Assembly (NCBI GenBank): GCA_965248055.1
Contig: CBDFIJ010000004.1
Span: forward strand, 32,001 to 96,000
Source of the DNA: Candidatus Multivoradales bacterium
GTDB lineage: Bacteria > Acidobacteriota > Thermoanaerobaculia > Multivoradales > JAHEKO01
Direction of reading: 5' to 3'
Length of the DNA stretch: 64,000 bases
In this document: piece by piece, positions 16,806 to 26,768 of the stretch
How the letters are laid out: every line of letters begins with the position of its first letter
Position numbering within the stretch: the first letter of the stretch is position 1
Notes under the pieces: model-generated
What the model was told of the DNA's origin: nothing
What the model saw: the letters and a program-made list of their open reading frames with translations, nothing else
Database searches by the model: none
Translations under genes and position numbers: made by a program

Positions 16806-17501
16806 GTGAATAGTCAGTTTGAGAGACAATCAGAATTCTACGAGAACGTAGTGAGTATCAACCGGGTCACCAAGGTGGTCAAGGGTGGTAAGAACTTCGC
16901 ATTCACCGCATTGGTTGTGGTTGGCGACGGCAATGGTCGTGTTGGCTACGCTCTAGGGCGCGCCAAAGAAGTACCTGTGGCTATCCGTAAGGGCATGGAA
17001 GTGGCGCGCAAACAATTGGTGTCGGTTGCGCTTTCCGGAACCACCATTCCCCACGAGGTGGTTGGCAAATACGTATCCAGTCGAGTGCTGTTGAAGCCGG
17101 CGTCGGACGGTACCGGTGTTATCGCTGGTGGACCGGTTCGTGCGGTACTTGAGAGCGTGGGGATTCAGAATATTCTGACCAAATCTCTGGGATCAAAAAA
17201 CCCCATCAACGTGGTAAAAGCGACGATTGAGGCACTTATGCAATTGCGCACCGAACGGATCCTTCCGGCGGGGGTGTATGTTGATGGGACCAATGGAAAC
17301 GGTACCGCGGATGCAGAAACAACGATGGTTGAGGAAGTTGCTGAAGCGATTTCGCAAGCCGCCGCCGAGGTGAGCGAGGCGGCTGAGACGGCTGGTGACA
17401 GCGTCTCCGAAGCCAGTACTGCTGGAGCCAGTACTGCCAAAGACACTGCTGCCAAAGACACGGTTTCCAAGGATGCTGCACCGACAACCGACGAGAGCTA
17501 G
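16806..17501 (+). CDS. rpsE: 30S ribosomal protein S5 with long Ala/acidic C-terminal extension
   Basis: [26 protein letters not shown]; GGAGG RBS before the GTG at 16806. Confidence 0.97.
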   Translation: MNSQFERQSEFYENVVSINRVTKVVKGGKNFAFTALVVVGDGNGRVGYALGRAKEVPVAIRKGMEVARKQLVSVALSGTTIPHEVVGKYVSSRVLLKPASDGTGVIAGGPVRAVLESVGIQNILTKSLGSKNPINVVKATIEALMQLRTERILPAGVYVDGTNGNGTADAETTMVEEVAEAISQAAAEVSEAAETAGDSVSEASTAGASTAKDTAAKDTVSKDAAPTTDES

Positions 17502-17511
17502 GGATTGATCA

Positions 17512-17712
17512 ATGACTGCCAAGAAAAAAGTTAGCACCGTCCGTGTGCGCCAAATGAAGAGCCTGATCGGTGGCAAGAAACAGCACCGCGACGCAATGAG
17601 CGGTCTGGGACTGCGTCGCATTCGGCACGAAGTGGAACGCGAAGATACCGCAGCTACCCGAGGTCTGATCCACAAGGTTAGACATCTGGTGGCAGTGGTC
17701 GAGGACTCATAA
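17512..17712 (+). CDS. rpmD: 50S ribosomal protein L30
   Basis: KSLIG...GLGLRRIRHEVERED...RGLIHKVRHLV. Confidence 0.96.
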   Translation: MTAKKKVSTVRVRQMKSLIGGKKQHRDAMSGLGLRRIRHEVEREDTAATRGLIHKVRHLVAVVEDS

Positions 17713-18150
17713 ATGAAACTGCAAGATCTTTCTCCCAATCCAGGAAGTCGCCCGACCAAGAAGCGGGTGGGACGAGGGCCTGGTTCGGGTACTGGTAAGA
17801 CCGCTGGCCGAGGTCATAACGGGCAGCGATCCCGTTCTGGTTTTAGTCGTCGCTACGGCTTCGAAGGTGGCCAGATGCCGTTGGTTCGGCGGGTTCCCAA
17901 GCGGGGGTTCTTTAACCGTTTTCGGGTCGAGTACACAGTGCTGAACGTGGGCCAAATTGGCGAAGACATCACCGAACTGAATCCAGAGATGCTGCGTGCG
18001 CGCGGTTGGTTGGGCAAGACCGAGTTGTTCAAAGTGTTGGGACAGGGAGACTTAGAGCACGCAGTGACCGTCAAGGCACATGGGTTCAGTGAGTCTGCCC
18101 GGACCAAGATCGAGAAGGCTGGTGGCAGCTGTGAGGTAATTGAATCGTGA
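17713..18150 (+). CDS. rplO: 50S ribosomal protein L15
   Basis: RVGRGPGSGTGKTAGRG, FEGGQMPL. Confidence 0.98.
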   Translation: MKLQDLSPNPGSRPTKKRVGRGPGSGTGKTAGRGHNGQRSRSGFSRRYGFEGGQMPLVRRVPKRGFFNRFRVEYTVLNVGQIGEDITELNPEMLRARGWLGKTELFKVLGQGDLEHAVTVKAHGFSESARTKIEKAGGSCEVIES

Positions 18151-19529
18151 TTGAGAGTTTCCGCAATATCTTCGCGATTAAGGACTTACGTAGACGACTG
18201 CTGTTTACCTTCGGCATGTTGGCGGTGTATCGGATCGGTTCTAACATCCCGATTCCGGGCGTCGACCCGATCGCACTGCTTGAGTTCATGGAGTCGGTTG
18301 CCAATACCTTCTTAGGATTCGTCAACACCTTTACCGGTGGCGCACTGGCGCGAGCGGCGGTTTTCGCCCTCGGCATCATGCCCTACATTACCGCGTCGAT
18401 CATTTTGCAGTTGATGACGGTGGTGGTTCCGCGACTGGAAAAACTCTCCAAAGAAGGAGAGATGGGGCGCAAGAAGATCACCCAGTACACCCGCTACGGA
18501 ACGATCCTGATTTCGGTCGTTCAGTCGATCGGCATCTCGATCTTCCTGGAGAGCGTGAGCACGCCGGGTGGCGCACCCTTGGTGCCCAATCCTGGTTGGG
18601 GTTTTCGTTTGATGACCATTCTCACCTTGACCACTGGCTGTGCGTTTGTCATGTGGCTGGGTGAGCAAATTACCGAGCGCGGCGTGGGCAATGGAATTTC
18701 TTTGATCATTTTCGCCGGGATCGTCATTGGGCTGCCGAGTGCCATCACTGGCACCATCGGCAAGCTGCAGAATGGGTCGCTCAACCTGATCACGGTGCTG
18801 TTGCTGATCGCCTTCATGCTTGCGGTTGTCGGCTTCGTGGTCTACATGGAGCGGGCGCAAAGACGGGTTCCGGTGCAGTACGCGAAACGGGTGGTTGGCC
18901 GTCGGGTTTATGGCGGGCAAAACACCTACTTGCCGCTGCGCCTGAATACTGCCGGAGTTATCCCGGTCATTTTTGCCAGTTCGGTGATCATGATCCCAAC
19001 CACCATTGCTGGCATGGTACCCAACGACTGGATTCAAAGAATGGCGGACTACGTCGCCTTTGGTCAGCCGATTTACTACTTGCTCTACATCGTGGCGATT
19101 ATCTTCTTCTGCTACTTCTACGTCTCGATCATTTTCAATCCGGTGGATACCGCTGAGAACATGCGTAAGTACGGAGGATTTGTTCCCGGGATTCGTTCGG
19201 GTAAGCGGACCTCTGAGTATCTGGATCGCATCTTGACCCGCTTGACCTTTGTCGGTGCGCTCTATCTGGCCGCAGTTTCGGTTCTGCCGGAATTGTTGCT
19301 GCGTGGCATTAAGCTCGGTGGTCTGCCGATTATTGGTCCCAAGCTAGAGGCGATGGTGCCGACGGCCATTACCAACGGGTTGGGGATTGAGTTCTTCTTC
19401 GGCGGTACCTCGCTGTTGATTGTGGTCGGCGTGGCGATGGACTTTGTACAACAGGTTGAATCACAGCTGGTGATGCGCAACTACGACGGCTTTTTGAAGT
19501 CCGGGAGGATCCGTGGTCGACGCGGGTAG
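18147..19529 (+). CDS. secY: Preprotein translocase SecY
   Basis: FALGIMPYITASII, GNGISLIIF, GGTSLLIVVGV; multiple TM segments. Confidence 0.99.
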   Translation: MIESFRNIFAIKDLRRRLLFTFGMLAVYRIGSNIPIPGVDPIALLEFMESVANTFLGFVNTFTGGALARAAVFALGIMPYITASIILQLMTVVVPRLEKLSKEGEMGRKKITQYTRYGTILISVVQSIGISIFLESVSTPGGAPLVPNPGWGFRLMTILTLTTGCAFVMWLGEQITERGVGNGISLIIFAGIVIGLPSAITGTIGKLQNGSLNLITVLLLIAFMLAVVGFVVYMERAQRRVPVQYAKRVVGRRVYGGQNTYLPLRLNTAGVIPVIFASSVIMIPTTIAGMVPNDWIQRMADYVAFGQPIYYLLYIVAIIFFCYFYVSIIFNPVDTAENMRKYGGFVPGIRSGKRTSEYLDRILTRLTFVGALYLAAVSVLPELLLRGIKLGGLPIIGPKLEAMVPTAITNGLGIEFFFGGTSLLIVVGVAMDFVQQVESQLVMRNYDGFLKSGRIRGRRG

Positions 19530-20094
19530 CCGACCCTGGCGACTGCTGATCGTGGGTGCTCCTGGTTCCGGCAAAGGAACTCAGGCGGCGCGCTTGTGCG
19601 ATCGGTTGGGAATCCCGGCGATTTCCACCGGCGAGATGCTGCGCGATGCCATGGCATCCGAGAGTGAGCTGGGCAAGCATGTGGAATCGATTGTTCAGTC
19701 GGGGGCCTTGGTCAGCGACGAAGTGATGGAAGAGGTTCTGGCCGAGCGTTTGGCAGAGAGCGACGCTCGGCGAGGATTCTTGCTCGACGGCTATCCCCGC
19801 ACTGAAGCGCAAGTGGCGGCTTTGGACCGTATCTTGGAAGCTCAGGACACCGCGGTCGATTTGGTGATCTATCTCGATGTTGCGGAAGAAGAGTTGATGG
19901 GAAGAGCCCTGGGAAGGGGTCGCGCAGACGACACCGAAGAAGTCATCCGTCACCGGATTCAGGTCTACCGCGCCCAAACCGAGCCGATCATGGCGATCTA
20001 TCGGGAGCGTGGACTGTTGAGCGCAGTGGACGGACGCCAAGACATCGATGCGGTGGCTGAGGCCGCTTGGTCGGCGCTCGAGGAAGCAACCTAG
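19513..20094 (+). CDS. adk: Adenylate kinase, short-LID type
   Basis: GAPGSGKGTQA, LLDGYPRT; LID reduced to GRGRADD. Confidence 0.97.
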   Translation: MVDAGSRPWRLLIVGAPGSGKGTQAARLCDRLGIPAISTGEMLRDAMASESELGKHVESIVQSGALVSDEVMEEVLAERLAESDARRGFLLDGYPRTEAQVAALDRILEAQDTAVDLVIYLDVAEEELMGRALGRGRADDTEEVIRHRIQVYRAQTEPIMAIYRERGLLSAVDGRQDIDAVAEAAWSALEEAT

Positions 20095-20850
20095 ATGGTC
20101 TTAAAGACTGCCCCTGAAATTGAACTGATGGACGTTGCCAACCGCATCGTGCATCAAGTCTTGGCCGGGATCGCCGAACGCGTTGCACCGGGTGTCACCA
20201 CGCTGGAGTTGGATGAGTTTGCCGAACAGACGATTCGCGACGCCGGTGGAGTTCCGGCGTTTTTGAACTACAAGGGATTCCCGGCAACGCTATGCACTTC
20301 GGTCAACGACGTCATCGTTCACGGCATCCCCAATCGAGTGGCTCTGGAAGAGGGCGACATCATTGGGGTCGACTGCGGAGTGCTTTATCAGGGATACTAT
20401 GGGGACGCGGCGCGGACCTTTTCGGTTGGTGCCGTCGATGGTGAAACACAACGGCTGCTGGACGCGACTCGGGAGGCACTCGACATCGCAGTGCAGCGTG
20501 CCCAAGTGGGTGCTCGCCTTTCGGATATCGGTCACGCGGTAGAACACCGGGTGACTCAAGAAGGCTTCACAGTGGTGCGGGATTTTGTCGGTCATGGGAT
20601 CGGTGTCTCGCTGCACGAAGAGCCGCAGGTTCCCAACTACGGGCCGAGCGGTATGGGGCCAACGCTCCGACCTGGCTTGGTTCTTGCGATTGAACCGATG
20701 GTGAATGCCGGTAGTGCTGGTGTGAAGACAGACGCGGACGGTTGGACCGCCCGCACAGATGATGGTTCGCGTTCGGCGCATTTTGAATATTCAGTGGCGA
20801 TCACAGAGGATGGCCCACGAATTCTTGGCGTTGATCAGGTCGCAGCGTAG
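20095..20850 (+). CDS. map: Methionine aminopeptidase type I
   Basis: [33 protein letters not shown]. Confidence 0.98.
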   Translation: MVLKTAPEIELMDVANRIVHQVLAGIAERVAPGVTTLELDEFAEQTIRDAGGVPAFLNYKGFPATLCTSVNDVIVHGIPNRVALEEGDIIGVDCGVLYQGYYGDAARTFSVGAVDGETQRLLDATREALDIAVQRAQVGARLSDIGHAVEHRVTQEGFTVVRDFVGHGIGVSLHEEPQVPNYGPSGMGPTLRPGLVLAIEPMVNAGSAGVKTDADGWTARTDDGSRSAHFEYSVAITEDGPRILGVDQVAA

Positions 20851-20870
20851 GCGGTCAAGAGAGGTTTAGT

Positions 20871-21092
20871 TTGGCGAAAGAAGAAGCAATAGAAGTCACG
20901 GCAACTGTGGTCGAGCCCTTACCCAACGCGATGTTTCGTGTTGAGTTGGAGAACGGGCACAAAATCCTGGCACATATTTCCGGCAAGATGCGCAAGCATT
21001 TCATCCGTATTTTGCCCGGTGACCAGGTCAAAGTTGAGTTGTCGCCGTACGATCTGGAGCGCGGTCGCATTGTCTACCGCCTGAGGAATTAG
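20871..21092 (+). CDS. infA: Translation initiation factor IF-1
   Basis: [27 protein letters not shown]; TTG start. Confidence 0.98.
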   Translation: MAKEEAIEVTATVVEPLPNAMFRVELENGHKILAHISGKMRKHFIRILPGDQVKVELSPYDLERGRIVYRLRN

Positions 21093-21094
21093 CG

Positions 21095-21208
21095 ATGAAG
21101 GTTCGAACGTCAGTCAAAAGAATGTGTCCAAAGTGCAAAGTGGTTCGTCGCAAGGGCGTAGTACGCGTGATTTGCGAAAACCCGAAGCACAAGCAGAGAC
21201 AGGGATAG
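21095..21208 (+). CDS. rpmJ: 50S ribosomal protein L36, Zn-ribbon form (below the ORF-track cutoff)
   Basis: Hand translation [37 protein letters not shown]. Confidence 0.97.
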   Translation: MKVRTSVKRMCPKCKVVRRKGVVRVICENPKHKQRQG

Positions 21209-21220
21209 GAGTAGCAAAGA

Positions 21221-21601
21221 ATGGCGCGTATTGCCGGGATCGATCTTCCACCTCAGAAACAGGTCTGGGTCGGTCTCACTTATATTCACGGTATCGGTCG
21301 GACTCGTGCTTACCAGGTCCTCGAGACCGCAGGGGTTGACCCCACGACCGCGGTCAAGGATCTGACCGAAGAACAGGCACTGGGTATCCGACAAGCGATT
21401 CAAGAAAGTATTCGGGTAGAGGGCGATCTTCGTAAAGAGGTCACTCAGAACATCAAGAGGCTGATGGAAATTGGCTCTTATCGCGGGGTCCGGCATAGTC
21501 GCGGACTACCGGTTCGTGGTCAACGAACGTCCACCAATGCTCGTTCACGCAAGGGACCGCGTCGGATGGCGGTCGCGGGCAAGAAGAAGGTCACCAAGTA
21601 G
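21221..21601 (+). CDS. rpsM: 30S ribosomal protein S13
   Basis: [24 protein letters not shown]. Confidence 0.98.
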   Translation: MARIAGIDLPPQKQVWVGLTYIHGIGRTRAYQVLETAGVDPTTAVKDLTEEQALGIRQAIQESIRVEGDLRKEVTQNIKRLMEIGSYRGVRHSRGLPVRGQRTSTNARSRKGPRRMAVAGKKKVTK

Positions 21602-21619
21602 GCCGCGGAGTAATACGAT

Positions 21620-22018
21620 ATGGCAAAGCAGGGTAAGGACGGAAAAGCGCGTAAGCGCAAAGAAAAGCGCATCGTTCCGCACGGAGTGGTGAGCATCCAC
21701 GCAACCTTTAACAACACGGTGGTTTCGATCTCCGATCCTGAAGGAAATGTGGTGACTTGGTCATCGGCCGGTCGCAGCGGCTTCAAAGGTTCGCGTAAGG
21801 GAACACCGTTTGCTGCGCAGGTGGCAGCGCGACAGGCTGGTCAACAAGCGATGAGTTTGGGCATGCACACCGTTGATGTCAAGGTGAAAGGTCCTGGAGC
21901 TGGTAGAGAAGGGGCGGTACGGGCGCTTTCGGCGGCCGGGTTGACCGTCAAATCGATCAGAGACATCACTCCGATTCCGCACAATGGTTGTCGACCACGT
22001 AAGCGTCGTCGGGTATAG
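21620..22018 (+). CDS. rpsK: 30S ribosomal protein S11
   Basis: [32 protein letters not shown]. Confidence 0.98.
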   Translation: MAKQGKDGKARKRKEKRIVPHGVVSIHATFNNTVVSISDPEGNVVTWSSAGRSGFKGSRKGTPFAAQVAARQAGQQAMSLGMHTVDVKVKGPGAGREGAVRALSAAGLTVKSIRDITPIPHNGCRPRKRRRV

Positions 22019-22071
22019 AGAGAAAACGATCGCCCGTTTAACGCGGGCAAGAAATACGAAGGAGTCTGGCA

Positions 22072-23043
22072 ATGTATTGGAAGGGATTTCAACGCCCCAA
22101 TGTTTTGGAGGTAGACGGCGAAACGCTGACGCCAACATACGGGCAGTTCACCGCGCAGCCTTTTGAGCGCGGCTTTGCAACCACTGTTGGTAACGCACTC
22201 CGGCGTTGCTTGCTGTCGTCGATCGAAGGCGCAGCGGTGACCGCGGTAGAGATCGAGGGCGCTCTGCACGAGTTCTCTTCGGTGCCGGGTGTTTTGGAAG
22301 ACGTCACCCACTTGATCTTGAACCTCAAACGGGTGCCTTTGGTGCTGCACGGCGACGAGGCGAGAGTGGTCGAGGTTAAGGCTAAGGGCCCAGGAGTGGT
22401 GACCGCCGCAGCTTTGGCGATCGACTCCCAGATTGAGGTAGTGGATCCCGATGTCGAGATCGCCCACTTGAACGCCGACGGTGAGCTCAACATGCGGGTT
22501 CGTATTGCCAATGGTCGCGGATACGTCAGCGCCGAGAGCAACATGGACGAGAGCATGGGGATCGGTTGGATTCCTGTGGACTCGCTGCATAGTCCGGTGC
22601 ATAAGGTGAATTACCACGTTGAGGACGCCCGTCTAGGTCGTTCGACCGATTACGAGCGGCTGCTGATGGACGTTTGGACCAACGGTGCGATCGAGCCGCG
22701 CGAAGCGGTTTCGTTGGCTTCGAACCTTCTGCAGGCGCATTTGGCAATCTTTATTGAGTCCGAAGTCCAAGTGGGCGAGCCGGAGGAAGAGGTGTCTACT
22801 GCGGGGTCGGATCTGTCGGACCTTCTTTCCCGAAGTGTCGACGATTTGGATTTGTCCTCTCGTTCGGCGAACTCTCTGAAGAACGCCGACATCAAGACTT
22901 TGAGTGATCTGGTCTCTCGCTCTGAGCGCCAGATGCTGGAGACCAAGAACTTCGGTCAGAAGTCCTTGGAAGAGGTCCAAGAAGTGTTGGGCCGTCTCGG
23001 CTTGTCGTTTGGCATGGCCAGTGGCGATCAGGCAGCGGTCTAG
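22072..23043 (+). CDS. rpoA: RNA polymerase alpha subunit
   Basis: PFERGFATTVGNALRR, alpha-CTD LSSRSANSL...NFGQKSL. Confidence 0.98.
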   Translation: MYWKGFQRPNVLEVDGETLTPTYGQFTAQPFERGFATTVGNALRRCLLSSIEGAAVTAVEIEGALHEFSSVPGVLEDVTHLILNLKRVPLVLHGDEARVVEVKAKGPGVVTAAALAIDSQIEVVDPDVEIAHLNADGELNMRVRIANGRGYVSAESNMDESMGIGWIPVDSLHSPVHKVNYHVEDARLGRSTDYERLLMDVWTNGAIEPREAVSLASNLLQAHLAIFIESEVQVGEPEEEVSTAGSDLSDLLSRSVDDLDLSSRSANSLKNADIKTLSDLVSRSERQMLETKNFGQKSLEEVQEVLGRLGLSFGMASGDQAAV

Positions 23044-23081
23044 AAAACGGCAGAGGCTTTCGAAGGTAGAGGACAGCAAAG

Positions 23082-23462
23082 ATGCGACACAACAAAAAAG
23101 GCCGGAAGCTAGGGCGCACTACCGCGCACCGCACGGCTATGTTCCGCAACCAATTGGCTTCGCTGGTCGAACACGGCCGGATCGTGACCACGATTTCTAA
23201 GGCCAAAGAGATGCGCTCGGTTGCCGAACGGGTGATTACTCGGGGTCGTCAAGACACCGTCCCGGCGCGCCGTTGGGTACGCCGTTGGCTGCCCAATCGC
23301 GATCACGTGAGCAAGGTGTTCGACGAGATCTCACCGCGCTACGCCAATCGCCCAGGTGGATACACACGGGTGACCAAGCTTGGCCCGCGCAAGGGCGACG
23401 GAGCCGAGATGGCGGTTTTGGAGTTCGTCGATGGTGAGGCAGAGAGTGACGAGTCGGCATAA
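23082..23462 (+). CDS. rplQ: 50S ribosomal protein L17
   Basis: MRH...KLGRTTAHR, RPGGYTR, RKGDGAEMA. Confidence 0.98.
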   Translation: MRHNKKGRKLGRTTAHRTAMFRNQLASLVEHGRIVTTISKAKEMRSVAERVITRGRQDTVPARRWVRRWLPNRDHVSKVFDEISPRYANRPGGYTRVTKLGPRKGDGAEMAVLEFVDGEAESDESA

Positions 23463-23485
23463 AGTCTGCTACCGGTAAGAAAACC

Positions 23486-23520
23486 AGCCCACCGCGGATG
23501 CGTTCCCGGTGGGCTTTTTT
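23486..23520 (+). terminator. Rho-independent terminator of the alpha operon
   Basis: AGCCCACCG / CGGTGGGCT stem followed by a T-run. Confidence 0.85.
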
Positions 23521-23627
23521 CTGGACACTGCTTTCTAGAGGACGGTTTCTAGAAAACAGTTTCTAAACGCGGGTCTCTGGGCGCCAGATTCTGGGAGCCA
23601 ACTCTGACAGCCAGTTCTGGAGAGGAG
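23519..23627. repeat. Degenerate 13-14 bp tandem repeat, 8 units
   Basis: Units begin YTCTR at 23519, 23533, 23547, 23561, 23575, 23589, 23602 and 23615. Confidence 0.6.
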
Positions 23628-23832
23628 GAATTTCTTGGCGACGTTACCTCGGTAGATATGCGCGCTCTGGGGTCGTCTTGAGACCAGCAAAGCTGCGCAT
23701 AGCCCCACGACAGCCGACGGGGCTCTGCTCGGCCGAATGGCGAGCGTAGCATTATACCAACTGAGTCTCTGGGATCGACTAGGTCTCTAACTCGACGATA
23801 CGTAAAAAAACTGTATTTGGAGCGACCGGGAC

Positions 23833-25917
23833 CTACTCGTCCTCGTCGGGCTTTTTCGAGGCAGCGATGATCTTGTCGCGAATCATCTTGGGCACTTCTT
23901 CGTAGTGTGAGTACTCCATGTGGAAGCTCGCACGACCTTGGGTCATCGCTCGCAACGCCGAGGCATAGTTAAGCATCTCAGACATCGGCACTGTCGCTTT
24001 GACAATCTGACGGCTGCCCTGAGTCTCCATCCCGTGCGGTCGTCCTCGCCGCTGCGAAAGATCGCCGATGATGTCGCCCATGGCTTCTTCGGTGGTGGTG
24101 ATATCAACCTCCATCACCGGCTCGATCAAAGTGATCCCAGCTTTGGTAATGGCGTCTTTGAGCGCCAGCGACCCGGCGATCTTAAAAGCCATCTCAGAGG
24201 AGTCGACGTCATGGTACTGGCCATCGAGCAAGCGAACGCGGATGTCGACCAACGGGTACCCGGCTAGGAATCCCTTCTGGCGCACCTCTTGAATCCCTTT
24301 CTCGACCGCCGGTCTGAATCCCTGAGGGATCGATCCGCCAAAAATCTGATCGACGAATTCGAAGTCCCCACCTCTGGGAAGTGGTTCAATCTCGATCTTA
24401 CAATCGGCAAACTGACCGCGACCGCCACTCTGCTTTTTGTGACGTCCATGCCCCGGAGCTTTGCGGCTGATGGTCTCCCGATAGGGGACCTTGGGTGGAT
24501 GGACCACCACTTCGACGCCGAAGCGCGACTTGAGCTTGGCGACGGTAATGTCGATGTGTAAATGCCCCGCGCCAGAGAGCAAGTGCTCGTGGGTTTCCGC
24601 GTCTCGGGTCTCGCTCAGGGTTGGGTCTTCCTCCATCAACCGATGCAGGGCTTCGCCGATTTTCTCCTCGTCACCCTTGGACTTGGGTTCAATCGCGAAT
24701 GACATCGCGGGCTCGGGGATCGGTACCCAGCCCAGTTTGAGAGGGCTCTGCTGATGGCAAAAGGTGTGGCCGGTCTCCGCAGTTTTCAACTTGGCGACGC
24801 CGCCAATATCTCCGGCGATCAAAGATGGCGTGGCAGTGCCTTGCTTGCCCTGCATCTGGAGCAGAGATCCCATGCGGTCAGATTGCTCGGCTGAGGCGTT
24901 CCAAACCTGCGAGTCCGACTCTGCGGTGCCGCGTACCACCCGGAAAAGCGACAGTTTGCCACTGTAGGGGTCGTTCAACGTCTTGAAGACCAGGAGCGCC
25001 ATTGAGCCGTCGGGGCTGGTCTCCACCTCAATCCCTTCCTCGCCACCAATATCGGTCGCCGGGAACGGGCGCTCATTGGGTGCGGGCGCCATGTCAACCA
25101 GCAAGTCCATCAGGCCCTCGGTTCCCAACATATGAACCGGGGCACCCACGGTGACCGGGAAGATCTTGCGCTTGCGCACTGCGGAATGGAGACCCGCTAC
25201 CAATCGTTCGTCGTCGAGAGTCCCTGAGTCAAAATACTCTTCCATCAAGGCGTCAGAGGTTTCCGCCACCGCTTCGATCAATTGGGCGCGCGCTGCCTTG
25301 GCTGCGTCCGCCAGCTCCTCAGGAATCTCGATCTCCGATGCCTTGCCGGTTCCGTCGAGTTGGTATTCGTAGGCCTTCTTGTGCAACAGGTCCACCGAGC
25401 CGCAAAAATCATGTTCTGCGCCCAGCGGCAGTTGGGTGGCCACCACCGCGCGCCCGAACCGTTCCCGCAACTCTTCCATCCTGGCGCCGTAATCAGCCCG
25501 CTCCCGATCCATCATCGTCAGATGAAACGCCAGCGGGATGTCGTTCCTGCGGGCGAAGTTCCAAACCTTGTCGGTGTTGACCTCGATCCCAGCCACCGCG
25601 TTGACACACAACAGAGTCAGATCGGTTACCCGCATCGCGGCTGAGGTGTCGGTAAAGAAAATTCCGTACCCTGGGCAATCCAGCAAGTTGATCTTGTATT
25701 TACGCCAGGGAATGAAACAGGGAGCCACGCCGATCGAAATCTTGCGTTCGATCTCTTCAGGATCGAAGTCGGTCACCGTGTTGCCGTCGTCCACCTTGGT
25801 CAACCGGTTGACCGCTCCAGAGGTGTAGAGCATGGCACTCACCAGCGACGTTTTGCCGGTGTCGCTGTGGCCGACAACCGCAATGTTACGGATCTGTTCG
25901 GGGGATTCGACCTTCAT
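23833..25917 (-). CDS. fusA2: Elongation factor G paralog (EF-G2 / FusA2-like)
   Basis: [38 protein letters not shown]; GGAGGT RBS before MKVES. Confidence 0.93.
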   Translation of the reverse strand: MKVESPEQIRNIAVVGHSDTGKTSLVSAMLYTSGAVNRLTKVDDGNTVTDFDPEEIERKISIGVAPCFIPWRKYKINLLDCPGYGIFFTDTSAAMRVTDLTLLCVNAVAGIEVNTDKVWNFARRNDIPLAFHLTMMDRERADYGARMEELRERFGRAVVATQLPLGAEHDFCGSVDLLHKKAYEYQLDGTGKASEIEIPEELADAAKAARAQLIEAVAETSDALMEEYFDSGTLDDERLVAGLHSAVRKRKIFPVTVGAPVHMLGTEGLMDLLVDMAPAPNERPFPATDIGGEEGIEVETSPDGSMALLVFKTLNDPYSGKLSLFRVVRGTAESDSQVWNASAEQSDRMGSLLQMQGKQGTATPSLIAGDIGGVAKLKTAETGHTFCHQQSPLKLGWVPIPEPAMSFAIEPKSKGDEEKIGEALHRLMEEDPTLSETRDAETHEHLLSGAGHLHIDITVAKLKSRFGVEVVVHPPKVPYRETISRKAPGHGRHKKQSGGRGQFADCKIEIEPLPRGGDFEFVDQIFGGSIPQGFRPAVEKGIQEVRQKGFLAGYPLVDIRVRLLDGQYHDVDSSEMAFKIAGSLALKDAITKAGITLIEPVMEVDITTTEEAMGDIIGDLSQRRGRPHGMETQGSRQIVKATVPMSEMLNYASALRAMTQGRASFHMEYSHYEEVPKMIRDKIIAASKKPDEDE

Positions 25918-26195
25918 CCATACCTCCATGCGTGCTGGCCGGAGATCACAGGACGAGTCCGAAGAAGGCCTTGATTTGGGCCTACTTTACCGGCCAAAAG
26001 GGTCGCCAATATAACACAGCGGAAATGGCTGATTTCAGCTGTTTAGTCGATCGCTGCCTAGCGGCCACTATTTGCTTCTCGCTATGCTTGGGCGACTATT
26101 CAACATCGGCCGATGTTACTGAATTCGAACGTTACTGGCGTCCACACTCGAGAGAGACTGCTAATGTATGGAGGTGTTTTAGTCATTGGCGCAGC

Positions 26196-26296
26196 AGGGC
26201 CAACAGCCGTCGGATCAAGAAGGCCTTGACTCCACTGCTGGGCAGGGAACAACTATCCAAAAGCGCTGTGTCTGGGGTGGTATCTCGGCTGAAAGT
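26196..26296 (+). pseudogene. IS256-family transposase internal fragment
   Basis: ANSRRIKKALTPLLGREQLSKSAVSGVVSRLK parallels the GISTGD...LSSSTVSRLK segment of the intact IS256 transposase in this window; limits approximate. Confidence 0.7.
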
Positions 26297-26340
26297 GAAG
26301 CGGCTCCGTTTTGAGGCATTGCCATCAAGTCGAGTTTTGA

Positions 26341-26364
26341 GGCCCTTCGACTACGCTCAGGGCC
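26341..26364. repeat. REP-like hairpin (CCTTCGACTACGCTCAGG type)
   Basis: GGCCCT-TCGACTACGCTC-AGGGCC palindromic unit. Confidence 0.6.
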
Positions 26365-26525
26365 GCCTGCGGCCGGATGAGTGACCCGCACCCTACTAGC
26401 AAGCTAGGAGGGCGATGTCCCAGAATTTAGTTGGGTGCCCACACGCCTTTGGCGCGATGGTGCCCCCAAGCGGTACGAACCCCTTGCACGTTGAGGTGGA
26501 TCCCGGCGAGCGGGTCTAAGGCCGC

Positions 26526-26768
26526 CTAACAGCGGTTGGCTAAAGTCTCGTTGTAGGCAAGGGCGCCAACGTCGCGCGCAAGATCCTCCAGGTCGACCCA
26601 GGCGTCCAGAAGCCAGCCCTCCGCGCTTACGCGGTAGAACCATCCGGTGCCCCGACCGAAGCTCCGAGCCTTTCGTAAGCGTTCACCCTTGGGCCGCAGT
26701 TTTCGATTGACGCGCTTTATCAGCGCCCATTCCGAAACGTAGTTTGTGGTGATTTGTTTTCCTGACAC
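26526..26768 (-). CDS. Hypothetical protein, phage-like
   Basis: 80 aa ORF with AGGAGG RBS before GTG and an upstream TGnTACCAT extended -10. Confidence 0.65.
   Translation of the reverse strand: MSGKQITTNYVSEWALIKRVNRKLRPKGERLRKARSFGRGTGWFYRVSAEGWLLDAWVDLEDLARDVGALAYNETLANRC

Noticed and set aside
26102-26117. Perfect 16-bp palindrome AACATCGGCCGATGTT near the island's left edge
   Set aside because: Single occurrence with no partner site or recognisable regulator, so no function can be assigned.
25932-26384. 150-aa ORF as a real gene
   Set aside because: It is a chimera of the fusA2 promoter region, an IS256 fragment and a REP hairpin (PFDYAQG).
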